A DNA stretch of 64,000 bases from Candidatus Pampinifervens sinense (GTDB lineage Bacteria; Aquificota; Aquificia; Aquificales; Aquificaceae): positions 32,001 through 96,000 of the forward strand of contig JAXSPP010000002.1 in NCBI GenBank assembly GCA_037927135.1, written 5' to 3'. The stretch's first letter is position 1. The number at the start of each line of letters is the position of its first letter. The position numbers and the translations under genes are program-made. Below the pieces are notes generated by a model that worked only from the letters and a program-made list of their open reading frames with translations, was not told the DNA's origin and ran no database searches. This document shows, one piece after another, positions 28,031 to 38,732 of the stretch.

Positions 28031-29224
28031 ATGGTAAAGGAAATCATAGAACAAATAAGTAAGAAGCTGGAAGATGGCCTGCTTGTAGAGCTTCCCGATG
28101 GTATCTGTTATGGACAGGGGAAAAACAAAATAAAGATCACAAAAAGGGAAGCCATCAAAGAGATACTCAGAGACCCTGAGATGGGCTTTGGTGAAGCTTA
28201 CATGAAGGGGGACATAATAGTGGAAGGAGATTTGGAGAAGGTTTTGATGGCCTGTATGGAGTATTTGGCTTCCAATGAAAAGAGGAGTCTAAAAGATACC
28301 TTTTCATACCTTTTTAGGTTTTTGCTAAAAGGTCTAAGGCTCATAAAAGGCTTGGAAGGGAAGGAAGTAAGAAGGCATTATGACCTTGGAAACGATTTTT
28401 ATAGACTTTGGCTTGATAGCTCCATGACTTACTCCTGTGCCTTCTTCTCAGAGCCCAACATGTCTCTTGAGGAGGCACAAAGCGAAAAGAGAAGGATAAT
28501 CTATGAAAAACTGCAGTTAAAGGAGGGTGATAGGCTGTTGGATATTGGCTGTGGATGGGGTTCAATCATACTTGAGAGCGCATCCCTTTATAACATAAGG
28601 TCTGTGGGTATAACCCTCTCTAAAAACCAGTATGAGTTTGTAAAGGAGAAGATAGAAGAGCTTGGCCTAAAAGGGAAGGTGGAGGTCTATCTTATGCACT
28701 ACGAGGACCTTCCCAAGCTTGGAGAAAAGTTCAATAAAGTGGTCTCCGTTGGTATGTTTGAGCATGTAGGAAAAGGAAGACACAGAAAGTTCTTTGAGGT
28801 GGTAAGCCAGATCATGGAAGAGTGTGGGCTCTTTTTACTGCATACTATAGGGAAGGTTCACCCATCAAGCCAAAGCAGGTGGATAAGAAAGTATATATTT
28901 CCCGGCGGATACCTGCCTTCCATAGAGGAGGTGCTGAGGGCCTCTAAGGGCCTTGGCTTTAACCTAATAGACATAGACGACTGGAGGCTTCACTACTACT
29001 TTACCCTCAAAGAGTGGAGAGAGAGATTCTACAAAGCTAAGGACTGGGTCATAAAAAGGTATGGAGAGGAGTTCTTTAGGATGTGGGAGCTTTATCTTAC
29101 TGCCTCTGCCGTTTCCTTCTACATAGGTAGCAACCACCTATTCCAATTCCTCTTCTCTAAGGGTGTGGTAAATAGCTATCCTGTGATGAGAAGGCAGTTT
29201 GGCTATCCACTTTTGACCGCTTGA
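28031..29224 (+). CDS. cfa: Cyclopropane-fatty-acyl-phospholipid synthase
   Basis: HYDLGNDFY, MTYSCA, LDIGCGWG, YIFPGG. Confidence 0.93.
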   Translation: MVKEIIEQISKKLEDGLLVELPDGICYGQGKNKIKITKREAIKEILRDPEMGFGEAYMKGDIIVEGDLEKVLMACMEYLASNEKRSLKDTFSYLFRFLLKGLRLIKGLEGKEVRRHYDLGNDFYRLWLDSSMTYSCAFFSEPNMSLEEAQSEKRRIIYEKLQLKEGDRLLDIGCGWGSIILESASLYNIRSVGITLSKNQYEFVKEKIEELGLKGKVEVYLMHYEDLPKLGEKFNKVVSVGMFEHVGKGRHRKFFEVVSQIMEECGLFLLHTIGKVHPSSQSRWIRKYIFPGGYLPSIEEVLRASKGLGFNLIDIDDWRLHYYFTLKEWRERFYKAKDWVIKRYGEEFFRMWELYLTASAVSFYIGSNHLFQFLFSKGVVNSYPVMRRQFGYPLLTA

Positions 29225-29967
29225 AGGTCCCCAAGCCCTTTCTTTATAAACTCCCTTACAAAGGGAATACTGGAGTTTAATATCTCCTCTTTTGTTCCTA
29301 TTTGAACCAGTTCACCATCCCTTAGTATGAGTATGCGGTCTGAGATGGAGAAGGCCGACACAAGATCATGAGATACCACTATGGCCGTAGAGTTTGTCTT
29401 GTCTCTGAGGCTTACAATAAGTTCATCTATTAGCCTACTAGTTATGGGGTCAAGGCCAGAGGTGGGCTCATCGTAGATTATAAGCCTTGGCTCCGTGGCT
29501 ATAGCCCTTGCTATTCCTACCCTCTTTCTCATACCACCTGAAAGCTCAGAAGGATACATATCAAGGTGTTCCTCTGAGAGGCCAACCAAGCTCAAATACT
29601 TTTTGGCCATTTCTTTTAGCTCTTCCTCTTTGAAATTCCCATGCTCCAAGTAGTAAAATACCACATTCTCCCAAACCTTTAAGCTGTCAAAAAGGGCAGC
29701 ACCCTGAAAAACGTAGCCTATATCCTTCCTCATTCTGTCCAGCTCAAACTGGCTTAGTTTGGGTACCTCCTTTCCAAAAACCTCCACCTTGCCAGAGGTA
29801 GGCCTATAGAGACCTACCAAACACTTGGTAATGGTAGTCTTTCCGCTTCCACTACCACCCAGTATGGTAAATATCTCACCTTCATAGACCTCAAAGCTTA
29901 TATCCTTTAAAATCTCCCTTCCGTTTATGTTAAGGCGTAGGTTCTCAACCCTTACTATGCTCTTCAT
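29203..29967 (-). CDS. MlaF-type ABC transporter ATPase
   Basis: GGSGSGKT, FQGAALFDSL, LSGGMRKR, YDEPTSGLDP. Confidence 0.9.
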   Translation of the reverse strand: MKSIVRVENLRLNINGREILKDISFEVYEGEIFTILGGSGSGKTTITKCLVGLYRPTSGKVEVFGKEVPKLSQFELDRMRKDIGYVFQGAALFDSLKVWENVVFYYLEHGNFKEEELKEMAKKYLSLVGLSEEHLDMYPSELSGGMRKRVGIARAIATEPRLIIYDEPTSGLDPITSRLIDELIVSLRDKTNSTAIVVSHDLVSAFSISDRILILRDGELVQIGTKEEILNSSIPFVREFIKKGLGDLQAVKSG

Positions 29968-30401
29968 AAGCTTTTTAAGGCTTCCAGCACTAGCTTATCC
30001 AGCTCACCAGCCTTTTGAAGATCTCCAGTATGCATAAAGGGTATGGTGCCCGTTATGGTGCCACCTGGGAAAAGGTTGTTTTCTATGTTGTATATCTCCA
30101 TCTCAAAGACAGAAACGGGAAACTTTACCTCATCTATCCTATCCTTTATCATGCTTGCCTTTCCATAACATGCCAAAGCCTTATCTTGGGCTATAAGCAT
30201 AAGGGATGCTGTGCCAGTTTGAAGTATATTTTTGGCGCTTTTGGCGTTGGCACTAAGGGCTATCCTTATGGTTTTGTCATCTACAGGATACACCCATGTT
30301 ATAAAGGTCAGATGAGGGTTTCCATCCTTATCCACCGTGCAAAGCACTGCAGGAAAAACACCAAGATTACGCATAAGTTCTACAAGATCCCTTGGAAGCA
30401 T
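29964..30401 (-). CDS. Pyridoxamine 5'-phosphate oxidase-like (split barrel) protein
   Basis: LCTVDKDGNPH..SAKNI pattern. Confidence 0.7.
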   Translation of the reverse strand: MLPRDLVELMRNLGVFPAVLCTVDKDGNPHLTFITWVYPVDDKTIRIALSANAKSAKNILQTGTASLMLIAQDKALACYGKASMIKDRIDEVKFPVSVFEMEIYNIENNLFPGGTITGTIPFMHTGDLQKAGELDKLVLEALKSL

Positions 30402-30404
30402 CCT

Positions 30405-30980
30405 CTACCTCCTTTGAATTTTCATAAAAATATAGGCCCTTTGAAGGGTGGTGAAAAGGGAACCTATGGCTATTATCAACACCGCAAGGAATAGCATATC
30501 AAGGACAATGCCCAAAAGAAGGACCATCCATCTTTCGGGCCTCCCAAAGGTGCCTACCTTTAACTCAAAGCCAAGCCCCTCAGTCCTTGCCCTTGCGTAG
30601 CTAACCGTGTAAGAAAAAACCATAGCAAGCATGGAAAAAAGGGAAAGTACTTTGTCTTCCGAAGATAGGGCTATAGCTATGAAGGGAAGGGCATCGGAAA
30701 TTCTGTCCATAAGAGAGTCAAAGAAGGCACCAAAGGGCGAATTTCTGCCAGAACGCCTTGCAAGGCTACCGTCTATAGCATCACACAAAGCACCCAAAAG
30801 TAAAAAGATAAAGCTTATAAGGTTTTGGCCAAGGTAGAGGAAAAGGGAGCCTATGGCCACAAGCAAAAGCCCCAGTAGGGTTATAAGATTAGGGGTAGTG
30901 CCAAGCCTATGAAGTAAATCTACCAATGGCTCTGTTAGCCTTTCAAAGGTTGGTTTTAACTCTCTTACAAGGTAGCTCAT
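30405..30980 (-). CDS. CDP-alcohol phosphatidyltransferase
   Basis: DAIDGSLAR...GAFFDSLMD signature. Confidence 0.92.
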   Translation of the reverse strand: MSYLVRELKPTFERLTEPLVDLLHRLGTTPNLITLLGLLLVAIGSLFLYLGQNLISFIFLLLGALCDAIDGSLARRSGRNSPFGAFFDSLMDRISDALPFIAIALSSEDKVLSLFSMLAMVFSYTVSYARARTEGLGFELKVGTFGRPERWMVLLLGIVLDMLFLAVLIIAIGSLFTTLQRAYIFMKIQRR

Positions 30981-30992
30981 AGTATTCTCCTG

Positions 30993-31080
30993 CGGCGAGG
31001 GAGGGATTCGAACCCCCGGTGGGCTTTGAACCCACAGCGATTTTCGAGACCGCCCCGTTCGTCCACTCCGGCACCTCGCC
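30993..31080 (-). tRNA. tRNA-Ser(CGA), CCA not encoded
   Basis: GGCGAGG/CCTCGCC acceptor, GCGGT-CTCGAAA-ATCGC anticodon arm, long variable arm, GGTTCGAATCC. Confidence 0.95.
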
Positions 31081-31105
31081 TATCCTATAATTATATTCCA
31101 ACAGC

Positions 31106-31843
31106 ATGCTAAACCTTGCGGTAGTCCAATACAGGCCAGCCTTTGGAAAAGTAGAGGAAAACCTTTCTAAGGTGTTGGACATGCTCAAATACATAAAGGA
31201 AGGTTCCATAGTAGCCTTGCCAGAGATGTGGCAGTGTGGCTTTGACTACGAAAACTTAGACAAGCATGCGGAAAATACAGAGGATGTGTTGGAAGAGATA
31301 AGAAGGGTTTCTTTTGAGAAGGATCTTACTCTTGTAGGCACATACCCTTTAAAGCTTGAAGGAAAGATATACAACTCGGCCATTCTGGTGGAAAGGGGCA
31401 AAATAATAGGCATAAGGCACAAGATAAAGCTATTTCCTTTGTATGAAGAGCCAAAACATTTTACTCCGGGCGTAGAAAACCCGGTCTTTGAAAGCTATAA
31501 GGCAAAAATTGGCATCCTCATCTGCTTTGAACTGAGATTTCCTGAACTTTCACAAAGCTTAAAAGAAGCGGATATTTTAATAGTGCCTTCCATGTGGGGT
31601 GAGAAAAGAAAGGAACACCTAAAAGCTTTATCCAGGGCTAGGGCTGTAGAAAATCAATCCTTTTTGATGCTCTCCAACGCTTGGGGAAAGGTGGGAGGGG
31701 AGGAGTATGCTGGGCATTCTGCCATATACAGCCCTTGGGGAGAGGTGCTTGCCTTTTCTGAAAGAGGAGATAGCATACTTCAGGTAGGTGTGGAAAGGGA
31801 ACAGGTGCAAAGGGTAAGGGAACTTATACCCCTTAGGTTTTAA
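31106..31843 (+). CDS. Nitrilase/carbon-nitrogen hydrolase family
   Basis: LPE, HKIKLF, ICFELRFPE, RARAVEN. Confidence 0.88.
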   Translation: MLNLAVVQYRPAFGKVEENLSKVLDMLKYIKEGSIVALPEMWQCGFDYENLDKHAENTEDVLEEIRRVSFEKDLTLVGTYPLKLEGKIYNSAILVERGKIIGIRHKIKLFPLYEEPKHFTPGVENPVFESYKAKIGILICFELRFPELSQSLKEADILIVPSMWGEKRKEHLKALSRARAVENQSFLMLSNAWGKVGGEEYAGHSAIYSPWGEVLAFSERGDSILQVGVEREQVQRVRELIPLRF

Positions 31844-32619
31844 AACTCTTCCAGTTCTCCCTCCTCAAAGGTCACTTTTTCCATAGCTGAGATAAGCCTT
31901 TCAAAGACTGTATAAAAGTCATCGCTTATGTTCCTTACATACTTTCCATACTCCATCTGGAAGGCCTTTGAAACTATGGCCTCCTTCTGAAGGGCGTTCT
32001 TTAGCCCCAACTCCTCATACCTTCTGTTTAGCACCTCTTTGGCCTTCATCAAAACCTCAGCCCTCTTTTCCCTCTCTTCCTTTGCAGACTCCAAGGGTGA
32101 GTCCAAGAAGAAATCTACCTTCTTTAGAACCTTTTCAAAGGCGTAGCCCGGAAACTTCTTATCCCCTATCTTATCCACTATAAAGCCTATGGTTATAAAG
32201 TAGGCCTCTTCTATGAACTTCTCAAGCCTGTATTCTTCCAAAGAAGGTTCCTTCTGAAGATAAGACATAAATATCTCATAGGCTTGATGGGCCTTATCCT
32301 TTAACGATGGCACCTTTTCCACGTTGAGGGCTATGATATAGTCTTTGGCAGAGGCGGGCAGGATGATAACTGGAAACTCTGACATGCCAAGCCTTCTTCC
32401 TGCTTCAAACCTGTGCTGTCCATTTATAACCTCGTAGTATCCGTCTTCCGTTGGTACCACCGTTAAAGGCTCAACAAACCCTACCTTTTCCATAGACTCC
32501 ATAAGCCTCTTTATGTGTGCATCCGACAGCTCTCTTTGTATGGAGGGTATAACTATCTTACTTTCAGGCACTATAGCAAACTCTAACTCCAAACCTTTTA
32601 TAGGCTCCCTGAACTTCAT
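31840..32619 (-). CDS. ParB/Srx-domain protein
   Basis: IQRELS..GFVEPL..INGQHR. Confidence 0.75.
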   Translation of the reverse strand: MKFREPIKGLELEFAIVPESKIVIPSIQRELSDAHIKRLMESMEKVGFVEPLTVVPTEDGYYEVINGQHRFEAGRRLGMSEFPVIILPASAKDYIIALNVEKVPSLKDKAHQAYEIFMSYLQKEPSLEEYRLEKFIEEAYFITIGFIVDKIGDKKFPGYAFEKVLKKVDFFLDSPLESAKEEREKRAEVLMKAKEVLNRRYEELGLKNALQKEAIVSKAFQMEYGKYVRNISDDFYTVFERLISAMEKVTFEEGELEEF

Positions 32620-32723
32620 GGCTTGTTTCCAAGCTCCTAAAATATATCTTTTTAAATATTTTACACCATACAAGAGAAAAACTCTATGGATCATAGGAGT
32701 TTAAGATGCTATAATATATTATT

Positions 32724-33158
32724 ATGATCTACTCAGAAACTGTAAAGTATGCACTGTTGGCTTTGGCCTACTTGGCGCTAAACAGGGACAGGCTGGTTAA
32801 AGTGGAGGAGATTGCGGAAGCCCAAAGGATACCAAAACCCTTTCTTTCTAAAATATTCCATAAGCTTGCAAGGGAAAGGGTATTAAAGTCCTACAAGGGA
32901 CCTACCGGTGGCTTTACCCTTGCTATCCCTCCAGAGAAGATAACCATATTGGACGTCATAAGATATCTTGATGAGGATTACAAGCTGGACTACTGCGCCC
33001 TCAGGCCAGGAAGATGCGAAGAGTGGAACACTTCCCCCTGTGCGGTCCATGACAAGTGGACAAAGCTAAGAGAAGCTATTTTAGAATACCTTAGCACCAC
33101 CACCATAGCGGAGCTGGCAGAAGTAGAAGAAAAGCACAGAAAGCCCGTTAACTTATAA
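32724..33158 (+). CDS. Rrf2-family transcriptional regulator
   Basis: wHTH with SYKGPTGGF; C-x6-C-x7-C-x2-H. Confidence 0.9.
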   Translation: MIYSETVKYALLALAYLALNRDRLVKVEEIAEAQRIPKPFLSKIFHKLARERVLKSYKGPTGGFTLAIPPEKITILDVIRYLDEDYKLDYCALRPGRCEEWNTSPCAVHDKWTKLREAILEYLSTTTIAELAEVEEKHRKPVNL

Positions 33159-35256
33159 CGTATTCTAGCCTGTCTTTGAACTCTTCCTGCTTTCCTTTGT
33201 TCCACCTTTGCACTGGTCTGTAGTAGCCCACTATCCTTGAGTAGGTTTCTACCTCTTTTCCACATATGGGGCAGGAAAAATGCTCTCCCTTTATATAGCC
33301 ATGGTCCTCACACACAGAGAAGGTGGGGGTTATGGTGATATAGGGCACTGGGTAGTTTTCAAAGACAAACTTTACAAACTTGGCTACTGTGTGCTCCTCT
33401 GGAGACTCTTGCAGGAAAAAGTGGATAACCGTTCCACCAGTGTAAAGCACTTGAAGGTCCTTTTGGTGCTCCAAGACCTCTATAGGATCATCGGTGTAGT
33501 TCACGGGCAGATGAGTGGAGTTGGTGTAGTATGGCTCCTTTTCTCCGGCGGTGATTATGTCTGGAAACTTACTTTTATCTATCTTTGCCAGTCTGTAGGA
33601 TGCTCCTTCTGCGGGCGTGGCCTCAAGGTTGTAAAGGTGTCCAGTCTGCTTTTGGAATTCTGAGATCTTTTCCCTCATAAACTTGAGGACCTTTATGGCA
33701 AAAGCTTTACCTTCAGGTTCTGCTATGGATACACCTAGGAAGTTTAAACACGCCTCATTCATGCCCACAAGACCTATGGTTGAGAAGAAGGTATCAAAGG
33801 ATTCAAGATATTCCCTTGAGTAGGGCATTAGACCCCTTTTGAGGTTCCTCTCTATAACCTTCCTTTTTATCTCCAAGCTGTCTTTGGCCACGTTCATCAG
33901 GTGCTCAAGCCTTTCAAAGAATTCTTCTTCGCTCTTTGATAGATAGCCTATCCTTGGCATGTTTATGGTTACAACACCTATGGAGCCAGTCTTGTCTGCG
34001 CTTCCAAAAAGGCCTCCCATCCTACTTCTTAACTCCCTCAGATCCAACTGCAACCTACAGCACATGCTCCTTATGTCCTCTGGCCTGAGTGAGCTGGATA
34101 TGAAGTTTTGGAAGTAAGGAATGCCGTATTTGGCAGTAATCTTCCATAAAAGCTCTGCATTGGGTGAGAAAAAGTCAAAGTCCTTGGTTATGTTGTAGGT
34201 GGGTATGGGAAAGGAAAAGATACGTCCATTGTAGTCCCCTTCCATCATGACTTCCATAAAGGCCCTGTTTATCATATCCATTTCCTTTTGAAAGTCTCCA
34301 TAATAGCCTATATCCTCCCTTTCCACACCACCTATTATTACAGGCTTGTTCTTCATATCCTCCGGCACAGTCCAGTCAAAGGTGAAGTTTATAAAGGGTG
34401 CCTGAGAGCCCCACCTTGAGGGCACATTCAGAGAGAATATAAACTGTTGCATGAGCTGTTTTAGCTCATCATAGGAAAGCCTGTCTACTCTTACAAAGGG
34501 TGCAAGGTAGGTATCAAGGGAATTAAGAGCTTGTGCGCCTGCAAACTCCATCTGAGCAACGCCTAAGAAGTTTACAATCTGGCCAAGCAGGGAGGAGAGA
34601 TGTTTGGCAGGCCCAGCGGTAACCTTACCCTTTCCACCCCTAAAACCCTTTCTGAGGAGGTCCTCCATGGACCATCCCGCACAGTATCCCACTATACCGT
34701 GGGACAGGTCATGTATATGGATATCACCCTCCCTGTGGGCCTTTGATATGTACTCCGGATATACATGGGTAAGGGTGTAATGGGCTATAACAGTTCCAGC
34801 AGTATGGAGCATAAGGCCAGAGAAGGAATAGCTGGCGTTGGCGTTCTCTTGCACCCTCCAGTCTTGCTGGTATATATAGTCGTTTACCACCTTTTCCGCA
34901 TCCACTATGGCCTTTGATATGTCTCTTAGCTCCTCCCTCTTTTTCCTGTATAGTATGTAAGCCTTTGCAGTCTTTGCAAAACCATGAAGTATAAGCCTTT
35001 CTTCAACGATGTCCTGTATCTCCTCCACATGGACCTTGTCCTTTTTAAGCTCCAAAACTTTTTCTATTACCTCATCGCACAGGTCCTTCAAAACACCTTC
35101 TTCTAAAGGCTCGCCAACGGCCTTAAAGGCTTTGGATATGGCCCTTTCAATCCTGCTTCTGTCAAACTCCTGCAATGTACCATCCCTCTTTATCACTTTT
35201 GGAAGAAAAGTATGATACCTCTTCTTGAGCTCTGCAGGCCCTTCTATCCTTAGCAT
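33148..35256 (-). CDS. nrdD: Class III (anaerobic) ribonucleotide reductase with ATP cone
   Basis: VIKRDG ATP cone, HIHDL, SMCCRL, ATPAE, YYTNS, YSRIVGYYRP glycyl-radical loop. Confidence 0.95.
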   Translation of the reverse strand: MLRIEGPAELKKRYHTFLPKVIKRDGTLQEFDRSRIERAISKAFKAVGEPLEEGVLKDLCDEVIEKVLELKKDKVHVEEIQDIVEERLILHGFAKTAKAYILYRKKREELRDISKAIVDAEKVVNDYIYQQDWRVQENANASYSFSGLMLHTAGTVIAHYTLTHVYPEYISKAHREGDIHIHDLSHGIVGYCAGWSMEDLLRKGFRGGKGKVTAGPAKHLSSLLGQIVNFLGVAQMEFAGAQALNSLDTYLAPFVRVDRLSYDELKQLMQQFIFSLNVPSRWGSQAPFINFTFDWTVPEDMKNKPVIIGGVEREDIGYYGDFQKEMDMINRAFMEVMMEGDYNGRIFSFPIPTYNITKDFDFFSPNAELLWKITAKYGIPYFQNFISSSLRPEDIRSMCCRLQLDLRELRSRMGGLFGSADKTGSIGVVTINMPRIGYLSKSEEEFFERLEHLMNVAKDSLEIKRKVIERNLKRGLMPYSREYLESFDTFFSTIGLVGMNEACLNFLGVSIAEPEGKAFAIKVLKFMREKISEFQKQTGHLYNLEATPAEGASYRLAKIDKSKFPDIITAGEKEPYYTNSTHLPVNYTDDPIEVLEHQKDLQVLYTGGTVIHFFLQESPEEHTVAKFVKFVFENYPVPYITITPTFSVCEDHGYIKGEHFSCPICGKEVETYSRIVGYYRPVQRWNKGKQEEFKDRLEYVIS

Positions 35257-35380
35257 GATCTGCCTCCTTTAAGATTTCATGATTTTCATATCATATAAAC
35301 TTTTAAACAGCTTTACAACCCCTCAAAAGATCTTCAAAAAAGCCTTTCAAGTTATTGAACTTAACCTTGGAGAAGGACGA

Positions 35381-35945
35381 TCATTTTCTAGGGTTAAGAA
35401 GTCTTAAGGCCATAAGTGAGAGGATCCTCTGTCTTTTCTTCCCTTTTGGCATGCTTTTCCTTAAACCCTCCAAAATCTCCTTTATACTTTCCAGATTTTC
35501 GGGTAAAGACCTTTCTATGTATTCCCTTATGGCTCTGGAAAGGGCCGGAACTTTACCAGAAGTAGAGATACCTATAACTATATCACCTTTCAGTATAAGG
35601 CTTGGAAAGATAAAGGAGCAGTAGTCTATACTGTCCACAGAGTTGCAAAGTATACCCTTTTTCTTGCAGTATTGATAGATCCTTTTCTGAAGCTTGATGT
35701 TATCCACAGCCACTATTACCATGAAGGATCCCTTTATGTCGCTTAGCCTAACCTTCCTAAGGGTAAGCTCTAACTTCCCTTGTTGATGCAAGCCCTTTAT
35801 ACCTTTTGTTGCTCTAGGCGCTATGACCTTTATTTTAGGCCCAAAGGGTAGAAGCTTTTTTATCTTTCTTTCGGCCACACTCCCCCCCTCCCACTACCAC
35901 CACCTTCTTACCCTTTAGATCAATAAAGGCTGGAAAGTATGGCAT
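35381..35945 (-). pseudogene. Precorrin-2 dehydrogenase (SirC/CysG-N); +1 frameshift in a G7 run at 35882-35888
   Basis: MPYFPAFIDLKGKKVVVVGGG then shifted SVAERK; NSVD..CSFIFPS..ISTSG. Confidence 0.8.
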
Positions 35946-35965
35946 AGTATGTTATAATCTAAGCC

Positions 35966-36823
35966 ATGAAAGGACTTTTGGATATACTGCCCTTCTTACT
36001 CTTTCTTGCCATAGTTTTAATCAGTATAATGGGTGTGGATATCATAAAATTGGTGGGAGGTGTGATCATGGATGTGTCACCTTTGATAGTTGTGGCCATT
36101 GCGGTGATTATATTTTTAGCGGCGTCTTTAAAGGTTGTTCCTGAATATCAAAGGGCTGTGGTCTTTAGGCTCGGAAGGGTCATAGGTGCCAAAGGTCCAG
36201 GTCTTTTTATCCTTATACCGGTGATAGACAAGATGGTAAAGGTGGATTTAAGAACGGTTACTTTAGATGTACCAACTCAGGACATAATAACGCGCGATAA
36301 TGTCTCTGTAAGTGTGGACGCTGTTGTCTACTTTAGGGTGATAGACCCTGTAAGGGCCATAGTGGCTGTTGAGAACTACCTTTATGCCACTTCCCAGATA
36401 GCTCAAACAACCTTGAGGAGTGTTTGCGGTGCTGTGGAGCTTGACGAGCTTCTTTCTGAAAGGGAGAAGTTAAACTTAAAGCTTCAGGAGATAATAGATA
36501 GGCAAACGGACCCATGGGGTATTAAGGTGGTAGCCGTTGAACTAAAAAGGATTGATTTGCCAGAAGAGCTAAGGAGGGCCATGGCAAGGCAAGCAGAGGC
36601 TGAAAGGGAAAGGAGGGCAAAGATAATAACGGCGGAGGCAGAATATCAAGCAGCTCAAAAGCTTGCAGAAGCAGCTCAAATACTTGCCACCCAGCCCATA
36701 GCCATACAGCTAAGATATCTTGAAACCATACAGAATGTGGCAAACAAGCCTGGCAATACGGTGCTCATACCCATTCCTACAGAGCTCTTTAGAGTATTCC
36801 TAAGTGAAGGTAAAGGTCAATAG
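35966..36823 (+). CDS. SPFH/stomatin-like (slipin) protein
   Basis: [33 protein letters not shown]. Confidence 0.92.
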   Translation: MKGLLDILPFLLFLAIVLISIMGVDIIKLVGGVIMDVSPLIVVAIAVIIFLAASLKVVPEYQRAVVFRLGRVIGAKGPGLFILIPVIDKMVKVDLRTVTLDVPTQDIITRDNVSVSVDAVVYFRVIDPVRAIVAVENYLYATSQIAQTTLRSVCGAVELDELLSEREKLNLKLQEIIDRQTDPWGIKVVAVELKRIDLPEELRRAMARQAEAERERRAKIITAEAEYQAAQKLAEAAQILATQPIAIQLRYLETIQNVANKPGNTVLIPIPTELFRVFLSEGKGQ

Positions 36824-37655
36824 AGCTGGACTGATATTCATAGGTATTACCGTCTTTTTAGGTGTGGCCGCTGTAAACACCATGAATAACTTACTCTACC
36901 TTGTGGTCTCCTTTATGCTTTCCTTTATGCTTCTCTCAGGCATGCTTTCCCTTTATAACCTTAAAGGCCTTGAGGTAATACTTTTACCGCCAGAGGAGGT
37001 TTATGCAGGCCTTGAAACACCCTTTAGGGTGATCATAAAAAACAGAAAAAGATTACCGTCCTTCCTTATAGAGGTAAAAAGTGGAGAGGGCTATTGTTTA
37101 TTCCCCTTTATAAAGGAGGTGGCTGAAGGTATCATCCATTTACACTTTGAAAGGAGGGGCCTTCATGAAAGCCTAAAGTTGGAAGTTTCCTCCTCCTTTC
37201 CTGTAGGCCTCTTTGAAAGATACTATAGCCTAAGCCTTCCGCTGAACTTGATAGTCTTTCCAAAGCCTCTAAGCGTTGATGAAAAGGCTTTAGATTTCTT
37301 TGGAAAGGGAAACAATCCTGCCTTAGGCCAAGTTAAGGTAAGGGGCTATGAAGAGCTTGAAGGGATAAAGGCTTACACCAATGAACCTGTAAAGCTCATA
37401 CATTGGAAGCTTTCCGCAAAGACGGGAGATCTGTATGTTAAAGAGATGGTAGAGAACGTATCCCCGCCCATAATCCTATCTCTGAACAGCGTAGATGGAA
37501 GCTTGGAAGATCGCATATCAAAGCTGGCCTATCTGGTTATAAGGTTTATATCTCAAGGAAGGACCGTAGGTCTAGAGCTTCCCAATAAAACCATAGAGGC
37601 CTCCACTGGCATAGCCCACAAAAGAAGGCTTCTTACAGAGCTAGCCCTCCTGTAG
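36804..37655 (+). CDS. DUF58-family membrane protein
   Basis: [23 protein letters not shown]. Confidence 0.8.
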   Translation: MKVKVNRAGLIFIGITVFLGVAAVNTMNNLLYLVVSFMLSFMLLSGMLSLYNLKGLEVILLPPEEVYAGLETPFRVIIKNRKRLPSFLIEVKSGEGYCLFPFIKEVAEGIIHLHFERRGLHESLKLEVSSSFPVGLFERYYSLSLPLNLIVFPKPLSVDEKALDFFGKGNNPALGQVKVRGYEELEGIKAYTNEPVKLIHWKLSAKTGDLYVKEMVENVSPPIILSLNSVDGSLEDRISKLAYLVIRFISQGRTVGLELPNKTIEASTGIAHKRRLLTELALL

Positions 37656-38732
37656 ATAGGCCTTGGGGTAAGAACCTAAAACCTTTACCATCTGGGCCCT
37701 CTCCTGAAGCAACTCAAGGGCCTTTTTTACCCTCTCCTCCTCCACATGACCCTCCAGGTCCACAAAGAACACATAGTCCCATAGCCTCTTCCTTGAAGGC
37801 CTTGATACTATCTTGGTTAGGTTAACACCATATCTATAGAAGCTCTCTAAGGCCTTAAAGAGTGCTCCAGCCTCATCCTTTACAGCAAATATAAGGCTTG
37901 TCTTATCATTTCCCGTTGGCTTCATAACCCTTTTCCCTATAACTATAAACCTTGTGTAGTTGTTCGGATTGTCTTGAATATTTTCCGCCAAGATGTTAAG
38001 ATGGTAGGTGTAGGCTGCAACTTCGCTGGCTATAGCTCCAGCATCCTCCATCTCCATCACCAGCTCACACGCCTTTGCTGTGCTTTCCGTTTCCACAAGG
38101 TTTGCAGAAGGTAAGTTCTTCCTTATCCATTCTTTACATTGAGCTAAGGCATGCCTATGAGAGTATATGGTCCTTATACTACTTATTGAGTTGCTGGTAG
38201 AAAGAAGGTTTAGCTTTACAGGTATGACTATTTCACCTACAATCTTAAGATCTGACTCTAAGAACATATCCAAAGTGTAGTTAACAACACCCTCTGTGGT
38301 GTTTTCAACGGGTACAACACCGTAGTCTGCCCTTCCAAGCTCCACCTCCCTGAACACATCTCCTATAGTGCTCACCGGAATGTAATGGGCTGAAAAGCCA
38401 AAGTACTCAAGGGCAGCCTGATGGGTAAAGGTAGCCTTTGGTCCAAGGTAGGCTATCTTCAACTCCTTCTCTAGGGAAAGGCATGCGGATATGATCTCTC
38501 TGTATATATGCAGTATGGCCTCTGTGGGAAACTCTTCCCCATAAACCTCTTTGTTGAGCTTTATCATCCTGTTTATAATCTCCTTCTCCCTTTCTGGTGC
38601 ATGAACTTCAAGGCCTAAGCTCTTCTTTACCTCCCCTATCCTTTTTGCCAGCTTTGCCCTTTCATTCAAAAGCCTAAGTATCTCTTGATCAATCTCGTCT
38701 ATTTTTAGCCTCAGTTCCTTTAGTTCATCCAT
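37641..38732 (-). CDS. pheA: Chorismate mutase/prephenate dehydratase
   Basis: LRLKIDEID, YLGPKATF, PVENTTEG, TRF, ACT domain, LGSYP. Confidence 0.96.
   Translation of the reverse strand: MDELKELRLKIDEIDQEILRLLNERAKLAKRIGEVKKSLGLEVHAPEREKEIINRMIKLNKEVYGEEFPTEAILHIYREIISACLSLEKELKIAYLGPKATFTHQAALEYFGFSAHYIPVSTIGDVFREVELGRADYGVVPVENTTEGVVNYTLDMFLESDLKIVGEIVIPVKLNLLSTSNSISSIRTIYSHRHALAQCKEWIRKNLPSANLVETESTAKACELVMEMEDAGAIASEVAAYTYHLNILAENIQDNPNNYTRFIVIGKRVMKPTGNDKTSLIFAVKDEAGALFKALESFYRYGVNLTKIVSRPSRKRLWDYVFFVDLEGHVEEERVKKALELLQERAQMVKVLGSYPKAYLQEG

Noticed and set aside
30943-31209. 88-aa minus-strand ORF
   Set aside because: It is a translation through tRNA-Ser and antisense to the nitrilase gene
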